NCBI GenBank assembly: GCA_032718475.1
Contig: JAUCBJ010007908.1
Location: 31,626 to 95,625, forward strand
Length of the DNA stretch: 64,000 nt
Source: Nemertoderma westbladi
Lineage: Eukaryota > Animalia > Xenacoelomorpha
Direction: 5' to 3'
Made by a program: the position numbers and the translations under genes. The notes under the pieces are model-generated. The model saw only the letters and a program-made list of their open reading frames with translations, made no database searches and was not told where the DNA came from. Shown here one piece after another: positions 37,934-50,348 of this stretch; the first letter of the stretch is position 1, and each line of letters starts with the position of its first letter.

Positions 37934-38519
37934 CTGAAATAAACAGGAACATGCTTCAAATTTCTAATTTCTGCGTCTAATATATTGGATGTGAGTTTTC
38001 CTGAAATATGTTTTTCAAGTAAATTTCCGGAAAAGTAAACTTCATCTGTAGTTACGACCACAAGAGACAAGATAACGAACCACGTAAACTCATCTAAGCA
38101 GGAATCCCTTGTTTCTAGTGTTTACTCTACTTATGTTTTACTATACATATGTTTTCAGAATGTGCTAAATAAAATAATTAATATAATAATTGGACATTTC
38201 TGGAAAATTCGAAAATGTATAAGAAATTATTGGAAAAATGTATGGGAAATTTCCTGACTCAAATCCCTACTAAATATATTTACATTCAGGTTTCTTTGAA
38301 AGGTATTTGCAATAAATAGATTGAAAAGTTGGGGTAATAAAAACGAGAGAAAATGTGTCTTTCAGTATAGTATGTGAGAAGTGCTCGCCGCCGTATGTGT
38401 AAACCCCATACAGTAGAGGCCAGGCCCAGCCCCCCCACCACTGACCCGGCCCCAGGCCACCCACCACTCTAAATCCAGCCCTGCCTGAGACCATTCGGGA
38501 TGAATGCTACTAAGTTTAA

Positions 38520-39541
38520 CCCTTTGAGCCCTAAGGACGTATATATACGTCCTCAACAGTGTCCTAAGGACGTATATATACGTCCTGTTGTTAATGGCTG
38601 CCAATGGGGATGATTCAAGTTTAGGTTATTCTAGCAGTGTTTATCCATCGCTTAGGACACTATACTACCCGTTTTAGTTAAAAAAGTGATCTGGAGTTTG
38701 AGTTAGAGGTTGGAATTCAACCAATCAGTGATGAGCTCCTTTTCAGAGAAAGCAGGGTGCTTATTGAAAGCAGGTTGATTGTAACAGTAGGATACAGTAG
38801 GATATGGCAGAGGTTTGAATGAGTAGCCCTTGAGAATTCCAACCAATCAGAGTTTATTTCCCTGTCAAGCTTTCCACTGTAATAATCTACTTTGTAAATA
38901 AATAAATAAATACATCACATGACTGAAAAGTGAAAAGTAAAAGTGAAAACCTGGTATTCTTCATATTGGTGAATTACGTAATTGTATTTCATAAATAGAA
39001 TAATGGGAATGATGATTGTTCCTGTACTAGCATCCTGGTGGATTATTGTGGTAATTCTGCAATAATGTATCTATATTGCATTTTGGTATTACAATAATTA
39101 TTCATTTATATTTATCATTCATTTACAGTTTATATCCAGGGCTCTGCCTTGATAAATAAATGCTTTGCAGATTATCATAAATAAGTCATATAGATTATAC
39201 CGGTACCATAAATAGACCATGGAGTGTAATAATATATATGATATAGTTCAGAAGAATAAATATTTTTTTCATTTTTTAATTTTCAATTTTTTTTTTCATT
39301 TTTTAAATTAAAAAAAAATTTTTTAATTAAATTTTTTTTTTTAATTTTTAAAAATTTAATTTTTTTAAATTAAAAAAATATGAAGAATGTCAATCATGAC
39401 ACCTTTTAAGATAAAAGTCAAATCATTTTAAAAATGTGTCATAACTTCTAGATGATTGGCATTGCCGTAAATGTGTTTTAAAGTTTGCTTAATTTTTAGG
39501 TTCTGGGGGGCTATTTAAAAAAGGGCCTAGTAACCAAAGGG
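38520..39541. mobile_element. piggyBac-like non-autonomous DNA transposon
   Basis: TTAA|CCCTTTG ... CAAAGGG|TTAA; two subterminal palindromes GGACGTATATATACGTCC (~38536 and ~38568); no ORF. Confidence 0.75.
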
Positions 39542-39697
39542 TTAAGGGAGAAAACTGCCAGTCTGACCCAGAAATTGGTGGGGAGTCAAATATGCCACGA
39601 AACTCAGGAAAATTAATAGACTCTTCCTATCATGCGGCTGGAAATCGAGTTAATGCTACACATATGGACGCCTCATTTTTAGTTCAAAATTCATAAA

Positions 39698-42600
39698 TAC
39701 TACTACTACTAGGTCGAGCGAACTCGGACAGTGGAAATGAGATCCTTCCAGGCTTCCCGATTCTCCATAGTTGTCGCAATTTCGTTTCTCCCAAGTTCAG
39801 TATCCCTTTCAAGTTGATCTATATATGTTATGGCCGGTCGTCCATGACTACGCTTTCCATGAGTTGGTTGCCAGAAATGTAGATCTGGTATGACCTCGTC
39901 TTTACTTCGCCAGCAGTGCCCACTGAATCTTAATCTGCGTTCACGGAGGGTGGTTGATACAGGTGGTATTGTACCATAAAGCTCGGCGTTTGTCATGTGT
40001 TGTCTCCAGCTGATGTTTAGGGCTGCCCTTAGTAGTCTTGTGTAGCAACCATCAATTCGTTGTTCAAGTGATTTAGTCAGTGTCCAGGTCTCACCCCCGT
40101 ATAAAAATACACTTTCCGCTGTGGCTCGAAAGAACTTAGTCTTCAGGTTCCTGGAGAGATCAGATTTCCAGATGGTATCCATTTTTGATAGAGCTACCCA
40201 AGCCTTTGCTTTCCTAACTTCTATGTCCTTTTTGCTACTCTCTATCCATGATCCAAGGTAGTGGAAGTTGTTGACCTTTCTAAGTTGATTATTATCAATG
40301 GTTGTCAAGTTTCCATCAACATTAAAGGTCATGAATTCGGTCTTGGTAGCATTTATATGCAATCCAACCTCCTTAGCAGCCCTCTCCGCTTTATTTAGTA
40401 GAAGCTGTGCATTTGCTAGCGTATTAGAGAGCAGGGTGATGTCATCTGCAAAGTTGACGTCTGTGACTGTAGTTGCCGGATATCTACTACTTCTGCGTTT
40501 TTGAAGTGTGAATCCCAGATCTTCACCCTTTGTTGCCGTCCTCATTGCATAATCCAGCACAATTACAAATAGTAATGGTGCTAATGTGTCACCTTGCAGT
40601 ACGCTAGCCAGGATTGAGAAAACCTCAGTTTCACCATCTGGTGAGAGTACCTGCACTTCTGTGTCACAATATAACAATCCAATGCCAGCAACAATTACTT
40701 CTGGTATTCCATAAGCTCATAGGATTTCAAGCATTTTACCTCTATGGATGGAGTCAAATGCCTTCTTGAAGTCCACAAAAGTCATGACTGCAGCGAGACT
40801 CTTTCACTTAATTCCTTCAATCAGTCTCCGTAGTGCAAGTATCTGAGCTATTGTTGATCTACTTGGTCGAAATCCGTTTTGGCTCTTATGCAGTAGTTTC
40901 TCTATGTGAGGCCTAATCCTATATAGAATCATTTTATTGTATATTTTGGCAGCTACCACAAGCAGACAGAACCCACGATAGTTTGTTGGCATGCCGAGTT
41001 GTCCTTTCTTGGGGAGAGGCTTTAGTTGACCTTTAGTCCAACTTGGTGGTGGCTTTTCCCCTTTTAACATCCGGTTGCAAACATTCAATAATGGTCTGTT
41101 TAGCACTCCGGTTTTCCATACCTCTGCTGGGATTTCATCTAATCCACTCGCTTTATTATTGGACATGCTTTTAATGCTTCTTTGGAGTTTGGCAGGTGTA
41201 AAGTCCCCTGTTTATATAGGTAGTGTCTTGTCATATATTTCCCTTGTAGGGCTGACCTTGGTGGCTGCCCAAGCAAGTTGCTGAAGTGATTTCTCCACTT
41301 CCCAACACGTTATTCAGGACTATCGGCTTTGAGGCGCCCCTTTGCACAACTTTTCCAACCAGATACCTCATTTACAGTTTGCCAGGTAAGTCTTGATTGT
41401 TGCTGTATGTGAGCAGTTGTAATTGCGTCAATTTTACCCTGTATGTCCTTTTCCTGGCTGATGTTGTAGGCCAATTTAAGATCGACCTTAACTTTCTCAA
41501 CCTTGTTAATGTTTTCGGTTGTGGGTTGTTCGGTTTTAACTTTGTAGGCTATCTTAAGATCTTCTCTCTTACAAGTAACCTCAGAGTTTTGCCATGGCAC
41601 ATACTGTTTTCGTTTGGGTTTCTGGGGGATATGCCTCTTAGGTGATTCCTTGTGGGCTGTTATTATATTCTGGTATATTGAATCGGTGGACTGGTCTTCA
41701 TCCATTGACTGAAGTGCTTCAAAGCGGTTTTGAACTTCTACTGTGTAGTGTAAGCATCCTTTACAGCATTGTCAGTTCTGAGTTTCTCCCAGTCATAGTT
41801 GATTTGCTTGCTTGTCCTGGGTTTGCTGGCTCTCAATCTGAGTCTGATCTCTGCAGTCACAATTCTGTGGTCCAAACCAATTAGGTTCAACGAGCTGTAT
41901 GCCTCGCAGTTGATCATGCTGTTTCTCCACTTTTTGTTTATAAGGATGTAATCCAGTTGTGCTTTGGTTCCATTAGGGTATTGAAAGGGTATAATTAAGG
42001 CAAAAAAGCAAAGCGTACTCTTTTCGAATGTGTTGTTTGTTGGTATCAATTCACATTCTTCCATTAGGTCAAAAAGTAAGTACCCATTTCTGTTAGAACT
42101 GGTGTTATAGGTGTAACCCTTGATGTCTTCTGGGCCAATTTGCGCATTCAGGTCACCAGCAATGACTTTAACATTGTGTTTCGGAATGTCCTTTATAAGT
42201 CCAGTCTGATCTTCATAAAACTTGACTGCTTGTTCTGGCTCTGAGGCATTGGTTGGACTGTAGCAACATATAACTGTTGCCTTGGGATTCCCATCTAATG
42301 TCCAAAAATCAAATCATTACCCTGGAATTTATAGATTCGATGTTGTTTAGTGTCTTAAGTGCAAATGGGCTTAGCAGAATTCCTACTCCACCAATTGATG
42401 CATTGGCCGAGTTTCTTACTGTTGAGCTTGTTACTAACGTCCATCCATTTCCAATGTCATTGTACTTCATGGCAGTGTCTTCATGACAAATCCGATGTTC
42501 TTGGATGCAGATGATGTCGATGTTATATTCCATTGCCAGAGCGACCATGTCACCCTGTTTGCTCTGTGCTTTCAGCGTGTGCGTTCATTGTAGCAATCTT

Positions 42601-42950
42601 TGGTGTCTTTTTACATTTCAACAGGTTGGTTCTTCTATCTTCTCTGCCGTCTGTTCCAGTGGCCAATTTATCGACCCCAACTTGGTGTACCACTGAGGGA
42701 TACGGTCCTTGTTGACCTGGGCGACGACTGAGCTGGTATTTCTCCTGGAGGGTTCTCATACTCATATCTTTCAGTTGCGAGAGTAAACCGCTTGTGGTCA
42801 CAACTCCTACAAGCGACTTCGCAAGAGGTCGCTGTTGGTTGATTACCTTCCGCAGACCTTGTCAGCATGTCTAGACGTTGGTTGATTACCTTCCGCCTAT
42901 CCATGGCCTACAGCCCTGCTGCCGACTGTAGGGGTCCTTTTGTTACACCC
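39698..42950 (-). mobile_element. RTE-type LINE, near full length, decayed (APE endonuclease plus RT)
   Basis: APE motifs ICIQEHR, GGVGILLSP, QLDYILIN, DHRIV; RT motifs QNGFR, QGDTLAP, FADD; stop codon runs into a (TAG)n tail at 39698-39712. The 5' boundary is approximate. Confidence 0.9.
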
Positions 42951-43668
42951 TGAACCAAGTGTGCCTCCTGGGTTAGGTTACCTAACACTGGTAGAGGAGC
43001 ATCCAGTATAGACAGAGCGGGCATGTATCATCTCTATTGCAGATGTGTATCAAGCATTTGCATTCAATGGTGCCCTAGGCGCTATATCCCTCAACAGCTC
43101 AACAGCTCAACATTCCTCAACAGATACAAGGGGAGATTTCTGACAAAGCACAAGCTTCTAGTAGACTGCACTAACAATATTAGAATTCCTCGAATATCTG
43201 GTGAGGGAGAAAACTCAGTTCGCCACAGCAGTAGAGGAGAATCTACAGTGACACCAATGCATTGCCCAATGCACCGCCGACTTCCAGATGAGTTGCTGTG
43301 TTTCCTGCATCCCACTCTCCAAACAACACCTTGACTTTTCCTGCAAGAGTTCTGAGACACCCTGGCCACCTGGTGAGCTACAGTCGCCTCAGTGCACAGT
43401 CAGAGTCATGGTTGTGTGGCCCACTTCGATTTGAACCATGGCTTAAATTACTCTGCTTACTCTGGATCTGATCGTCCATGAGCAGCAGGGGACGGATCGA
43501 GATTCCAGTCTTCAGTGCGACATAGGCATTCGAGGAGCATTCATCCCATTCAGTCCTTCAGTCAGCCGAGGATAAGAAGAAACTGCAGGATGCGGATGCT
43601 GCCTATGAATGGTTCTTTGTCTCAATTTATCGTGTCGTGTGATGGTGTCCTAGTCCAATAGGATTGGA

Positions 43669-44997
43669 TTGCTATACAATAGGATTCTATTAAATCGCAT
43701 CAGGGATCCCATTGAGAGACTGCTCCGTGGAAATCAGAATGGGTTCCGTAAAGGGCGTGGGACCATGGAGCCCATTTTGGCACTTAGAAGGATAATTGAA
43801 GAGTTATCAAAAAAGAAAGACAGGCATCTGGCTGTTATCTTTGTTGACTTCTTCAAGGCCTTTGATTCAGTCTCTCGCTCACGTATGTTCAGCATACTTT
43901 CATTATATGGGATTCCTGATGAAATTATTGCAGCAATCAGATCAGTATACGATGGTTCGACAACATTTGTGTCTACTGTTGACGGTGACACAGAACCATT
44001 TGAAGTGTTATGGGGCGTCCTCCAAGGAGACACACTTGCACCATTTTTGTTCATTATTGTGGTTGACTATGTTCTACGCATGTCCTTAGATCATTATAAT
44101 GATGATGGGGTGATGATAACTCCACATGATGGCTCCAGAAGTCGAGGAAATCCTGCCAAGTACCTAACTGATCTAGACTTTGCTGATGACTTAGGAGTAC
44201 TCTCAGAATCATTAGAGGGAGCCCAACGGCTCCTCAGCTCATTAGAACATGCTGCTTCTAGTGTTGGTCTTTTTATTAACTCCAGAAAGACCAAAATTCT
44301 GACAGTTAACTTTGAAAGTCCTCAGCAAGTCTCTGATCGGATGAGCATAAGCTCAAAGGATGGTATGCTTGAGCATGTGGACGACTTCTGTTACCTGGGA
44401 TCATGGATCCGGAAGTCAGGTGAGGACCTTCGAATACGTAAGGGAAAGGCATGGGCAGCCTTGAATAGGCTTTCCAGGATTTGGAAGTCACCGAGAATTA
44501 ATCGGAAACTTAAGGTCCGATTATTTAGAGCAGCAGTAGTTCCAGTACTCCTCTACGGGAGTCCATGCTGGGCTCTAACTGCTGAGGACACCAAATCTCT
44601 GGATGGCACATTCACAAGAATGCTACGCCGGGTTCATTGTGTCAAGTACAATGCACACATCTCCAACCAGACACTATATAACATTGGAGGTGTCTCATTG
44701 GTTCCCCCAAGCTTGACACTAGAACAAAATCGCCTCCGCTTTGCAGGACATTGCTTTCGCCGTGAGGACCAGCCAGTGCATAATCTTGTACTTTGGCAGC
44801 CTCATGGAGTGAATAAGCATGGTGGACAGCCCATGACTTTCTTGAGACGCATCTTAAAGGACACTGGCCTTAAAGATGCGGATGATCTAGCAAATGTCAT
44901 GGGTGATAGGGAGTTGTGGTGGTGCAATTTTGTTGACAAGCATTCTTAAAAATGCAGCTGCAATGCAGCATGCCGATCCTAGTAGTAGTAGTAGTCC
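43669..44997 (+). mobile_element. 5'-truncated RTE-type LINE (open RT C-terminal ORF 43669-44949) with (TAG)n tail
   Basis: QNGFRKGRGT, FVDFFKAFDSV, GVLQGDTLAPFLF, DFADDL, FCYLGS; short 3' UTR then tagtagtagtag. Confidence 0.9.
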
Positions 44998-45486
44998 GGT
45001 AATTCCACTGGCCTCTAGTGGCTGGACCTCCGCATTGCTAATGTAATCCATAGTGGGGGTTGGGGGGTGCTTTTTTGCCGAGTCAGCTCTCGGGGCAAAT
45101 ACCACACCCTGGTTTGCCATTCCACAGGGTGGGTGTCGCAATGGAGTCAGATATGAGGCCCATCACCCATATCTACTCTGGCACACATGACCCACCATTG
45201 GCTGTTGCAGCTCATCTGCTGGGTCATGCCCTGTACCCTTGCTGCCATCCAGGTGCAGGTCGCAGTGAAGTGCTCTCAGAGTGGACATGAGAACACTCTA
45301 CTCCTGACCAGCCATTGGTAGATCACCATCTGCCTGGTCAGGCCATATACCCCTGCAGCCAAGTATATGGGTCCTTAATCCAGGACCAAGGGCGTCCTTA
45401 TCCCAAAACGACATTGGGATAGCACAGCATTATTAAAAATGCAGCTGCAATGCAGCATGCCGATCCTAGTAGTAGTAGTAGTAGTC
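44998..45486 (+). mobile_element. Short non-coding element ending in the same 3' UTR and tail as the adjacent LINE (SINE-like or internally deleted copy)
   Basis: ttaaaaatgcagctgcaatgcagcatgccgatcc(tag)n occurs at ~44946 and again at ~45432. Confidence 0.55.
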
Positions 45487-45727
45487 CTAGTCCCCGAAGC
45501 AAGCATGCTCCTGCGGGTTATCACTGAGAGACTCCACCAGAATTGTGACGTTCATCTGGCCAAGTCAGGAGCTGGGTCCCAAATCGGATTCAGTTCGACA
45601 TTGTCCATGGTGCATCCCATTGCATTGCATCCCATTTTGCGCGGAAAGTTCAAATTTAATGGCAAATACATTGGAATGTCTTTTTTGCATTTTCGATATC
45701 ACAACTCCTCCGCCAATTTATAATTAA

Positions 45728-46638
45728 GGGGGGGGGGGGGGGGGGGGGGGAGGTATACCCTTTTTTTAAAAGGTATGAACCTTTTTTTAAAATGGCTGTA
45801 AATTAGTGTTAAACGATAATATTGCTATTTTGTCATGGTCAGCCACTGTATGGAAGGCCAAATAGCCTTTTTAGTAAAATTTGAAAATTTATAGCCTCCC
45901 CCTAGCGGCTGGCGGCGGAATTAAAGATTTCACTAAAATTGCTACTAGTCCCTCAATTTTGGTCTAAATTTCTTGAAACCAACTTTTTAGGACTCAGCGT
46001 GATCGACTCTACAAAAGTTATCTTATAGAATTTTTAATTAGCCATTTTTATTTTAATTAATTAAATTAATTAATTAATTATCATATTTTTAATTAAAATT
46101 GGCTAATTAGACAAAATGGTTACATTTATCAAAATTCCATAATATAACTTTTAAAGAGCTTCCAAAGCTCGTTCGAATGAGCCATAAACGAAGAAAATTG
46201 GTTAAAAAATGACGGAGGAGTAGTAATTTTAAAATGAAAAATGTCATTCCGAGACAATGCCCTTCAAAGTTTAAACCATCCCGCCAAAATTGGCCGTCTG
46301 TGTTCTGGTTGGTTAATTATTTCCGGCACGAAGGATGCACACCAACGAGCTAAAATGTTCATTACGGGGGTTTTCGGGGTCGCTGATTTCATTTCCGAAG
46401 TCAGTTTTAATTTTTGGTGGAATCTAGTCTATCTGTCTGTCTGTCGGTCTTCTGTCTTTCTTACAGTCATAGACCGTCATACGGAAAAACAGTGATAACT
46501 CGAGAACTGAAAGAGGTCTCACTAAGCGGTTTTCAGATTTATAATCCTCATTAAATTCTGCACTAGATGAAATAAAGAAACAATAAATTGAAAATTTTAC
46601 CTGAGGGGGGGTATACCCCCCCCCCCCCCCCCCCCCCC
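45728..46638. mobile_element. TTAA-flanked non-autonomous DNA transposon with G-rich TIRs (Kolobok-like)
   Basis: TTAA-G(n)AGGTATACCC at the left end and GGGTATAC-C(n)-TTAA at the right end. The superfamily assignment is an inference from the TTAA flank plus purine termini. Confidence 0.6.
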
Positions 46639-47035
46639 TTAAATGTCCTGTTGTTTTTCTAGTTATTAAATTACGATTTTCTAGCGCATTTTCTGAAATT
46701 TTGAAATATATTTTGATAATAATGGTATTCTCTTTGAAAAGTGCAAAAAAGTCCTGAAAATAAAGCTTAATGAAGAAGTACAATTTTATGTAAAATATAA
46801 GTTCTGGCTCTAAGCCACTAAGTTTATATCAAAAATATATATTCAGACATTTCTATTTAAACCATAAATCATCTTCCAGCAAAGAAGTGCGGCAGTAATT
46901 AAATAAATATTATTAAATACATAGAAATATTAAATGCAATTAATATTCTTCCTATTTAACCTATTATACACTGCTGGCTCTTCCATTACATTTAATTTTT
47001 TTCTGAAAAATTTTTTCCCAAGTAATCCACCCGAT

Positions 47036-47070
47036 TGTGCATTGTGCATTGTGCATTGTGCATTGTGCAT
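47036..47070. repeat. (TGTGCAT)5 microsatellite
   Basis: Read directly. Confidence 0.85.
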
Positions 47071-47693
47071 TTTACTTTATTTAACTCTATTTGCTTTTTG
47101 GAGCATTATTACAGGAATTCATTTCAAAATATAAGGTAAAAATTCAGCATCCGCATATATATTTTTGGTTTAGATTTGTTAGCGGACTAATGGCCTTCCA
47201 TTTCTTACAAACTATCAATTATTTATATTATTGGCAAATAAATATTTATTGACTATTTGGAATCGTATTAACTATCAAAGATCTGCTCATTTCATTTCAT
47301 AACAATAAAACGTTAAATTTATTATTATTCAGCCTTTCAGACAAGTAATAGGTTCTCACAATAGCAAGCATCATACATTGCAGTTGTATACCAAACAGGT
47401 TGACCAATCATGAACGTTCATTAATAAATAATCAGCCAATCATTGTTAAGTTTTCAAGGGGGTTGATAGATTGATGGCTAAACATCCACAGTTCATTTAT
47501 ATAACTTAACCAGTTTCAGGTTCAAAACGAATTTAAAATTTCCATAACTCCAAATTGGTGGCGTGCAATCCTTTCCCATTCCGAACCTGAAAATTCCGAT
47601 CATAAATATGTAACGAATTTTCGAAATTGTCCGGGTTGGAATTGCCCAAAACAGAAATCATTTACGATTAAATATTTTGCAAACAAATGTTTA

Positions 47694-48476
47694 GTAGCAA
47701 TGTAGTTTGTTTTGTAGCATTGTAGTTTATTTTGTAGCAATGTAGTTTGTTTTGTAGCAAGGTAGTTTGTTTTGTAGCAAGGTAGTTTGTTTTGTAGCAA
47801 TGTAGTTTGTTTTGTAGCAATGTAGTTTTGTTTTGTAGCAATGTAGTTTTCTTTGTAGCAATGTAGTTTGTTTTGTAGCAATGTAGTTTGTTTTGTAGCA
47901 ATGTAGTTTGTTTTGTAGCAATGTAGTTTTGTTTTGTAGCAATGTAGTTTTCTTTGTAGCAATGTAGTTTGTTTTGTAGCAATGTAGTTTGTTTTGTAGC
48001 AATGTAGTTTGTTTTGTAGCAATGTAGTTTGTTTTTTGTAGCAATGTAATTTGTTTTGTAGCAATGTTGTTTGCTTTGTAGCAATGTAGTTTGTTTTGTA
48101 GCAATATAGTTTGTTTTGTAGCAATGTAGTTTGTTTTGTAGCAATGTAGTTTATTTTGTAGCAATGTAGTTTGTTTTGTAGCAATGTAGTTTGATTTGTA
48201 GCAATGTAGTTTGTTTTGTAGCAATGTAGTTTGTTTTGTAGCAATGTTGTTTGCTTTGTAGCAATGTAGTTTGTTTTGTAGCAATATAGTTTGTTTTGTA
48301 GCAATGTAGTTTGTTTTGTAGCAATGTAGTTTATTTTGTAGCAATGTAGTTTGTTTTGTAGCAATGTAGTTTGATTTTGTAGCAATGTAGTTTGTTTTGT
48401 AGCAATGTAGTTTGTTTTGTAGCAATAATGTAGCAATGTAGTTTTGAAGCAATGTAGTTTTGTAGCAATATAGTTT
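47694..48476. repeat. 20-bp minisatellite (TTTGTAGCAATGTAGTTTGT, ~39 units)
   Basis: Read directly; the overlapping ORFs are translations of the repeat. Confidence 0.95.
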
Positions 48477-49833
48477 ACAACAGATACCACACTGGGTTTC
48501 ACAATGGATTAGCAACTGACTATAAGCCCCTATTTACGGACATAACTCGAATATTCTGTGAGAAAATCATCCACAGATATTCAGGTAGGTTGGGGGTTGT
48601 GGGTGGGGGGTGGGGGGTCCGGGTGGGGGGTGGGGGGTCCGGGTGGGGGTGGACTGCTGCTAGGGTGGTGGTTCAATTTTTACAAATGATGTTACCCTTT
48701 TTGACATGCTAATAACTTTGTCGGATTTAAAGCTGTCAAGTTTAAAATTTGTAGTCATCAATAGGGCCAAAAGCTGAACGAAAATCAAGATTTTCCCGCT
48801 AGATGGCTCTAAACTTCTCACATTTATTTGCATTTACTTTTTTACATGAGAGTATATAATTTTATTTTAAACAATAAGAAGCCATAAATATTTACAATAG
48901 TAGTAATAAATAAACAGGCATAATGGTACTAAAATTAAAAGAAAATACAGTTAAAATTTTTGAATTATTAAAATAATTGTATTGGATTGTAGTATATCAA
49001 TCCTTACTATAATTCTATGTGTGGTCCTAATTAATCGCATCAATTCAATCGCCAGACCCAAACAGGGCTACTTTATAGAAAATATTATTATTATACCTTT
49101 ACGGTATTATTATGATACCTGTACGGTATTATTATGATACCTGTACGCAGTGTACGGCATTATTAATCTGTGTACATGATCCAGCATTAAGGAACACCTA
49201 AGATAACCAGTTCTATGAAAACTAAGAGAAATATTTATATTATTTAATATATTGGAGTAATCTAAAATAAATATTTAAATATAAACATCCATAGCTATAC
49301 GGGTCGGGTGTCATGGTGGGCCGTCTTTCTTTATTGCAACCTGGGGGGCTGTAAATGATTTTATGCGGAGTCTAGCTCCTTTGTGTCGTTTTTACTCCAT
49401 TGACTAATCAATCCTCTTTGCTGGGTCATATCGACAGCACAATCTATATGTATACAATATCATTGCTTTTTTTGTCGGTTATTTTATATTAAATTTATTA
49501 ATGATGTATATGGTAGACCTTTACGCCAGGCCAGATTGTAATAAAATATGTTAACAGTGTTGAGAGATGATATAGTATATCATTATAGTAGAGTAGAAAT
49601 CATGCTTGGGTTGAAATAATTTTCAATTTAAATAACAAGAAGGATTAAACTACTCCTTATGATAAATATTTCTCTATTTTAGATCGTACATTATTAGTAA
49701 ACGTGCTATTTTGAAGAAATCTGTTTAGTGGAGGAATTAAAGAAAAAAGAAGGAAAAACATTATGTGGCATGGAAAGCTAACTTTATAAATTATAAAATT
49801 ATATCCTTTTTATTTTTTAGGGCGACTTACATT

Positions 49834-50348
49834 ATGGAAACTAACAACGAAAATATAGATAATCCGGACAATAAAGTGGATAACATGAAAGACACGTTGG
49901 TAGATGAGGAGAAGCCGGAGCCAAACCCCCCAAAATCCATAAGATACTTCCTCCAACATCCTTATCTTCGGCTGCTAACCGCGTACGGCGTTATCTTCTG
50001 CAACTTCCTAATGTTCGCTGAGGACCCTATCGCCCATAGTTACATCGAGGCCAACACTCCCATCATAGGCAACGCCTGGACAATGGTGTTCACTAAGTAC
50101 CCCGACGATGTTCCCAATGCTATAATAAAGGTTGCCATGGCGATATCCGGTTTAGCTATTGGAATGGTTGTGGGAAAGTTTGTGATACACAAACAGTTGT
50201 TTTCTCGATTTCTTCGACTAAAAATGTTCCGAAAGGATCAAGGGTCCTGGATGATAATGGTTTTGACGACGGTTTTAATGTTGTACTTTATGTCGCTGTT
50301 TTACAATCTCACGTTAAAAATACACAAAGACGACTATTTGTATGACAG
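49834..50348 (+). CDS. TMEM117: Transmembrane protein 117 homolog, first coding exon
   Basis: RYFLQHPYLRLLTAYGVIFCNFLMFAEDPIAHS...KYP...LRLKMFRKDQGSWM matches the recalled TMEM117 N-terminus (RYYFQHPWSR...FAEDPVSHS...LRLKMFREDHGSWM). Acceptor ttttttag ends at 49820, ATG at 49834, donor CAG|GTGCGT at 50348/50349. Confidence 0.9.

Larger units (their letters stand above)
22009..38483. mobile_element. hAT-like non-autonomous element (~870 bp) split by BEL copy 2
   Basis: TIRs CAGGGCCGTATTTAG (22009) and reverse-complement CAGGGCTGGATTTAG (ending 38483), 13/15 match; 8-bp flanks CATGAGAC and CCTGAGAC, 7/8 match. Confidence 0.7.

Noticed and set aside
43020-43660. Coding-like segment between the two LINEs
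   Set aside because: Probably another decayed element, but I could not recognise any motif to support a call.
47600-48515. Three overlapping minus-strand ORFs (CYKTNYIATKQTTLLQNKLH)n
   Set aside because: Translations of a 20-bp satellite.
48588-48652. G-rich tract with G-quadruplex potential upstream of TMEM117
   Set aside because: Short low-complexity repeat with no evidence of function from sequence alone.
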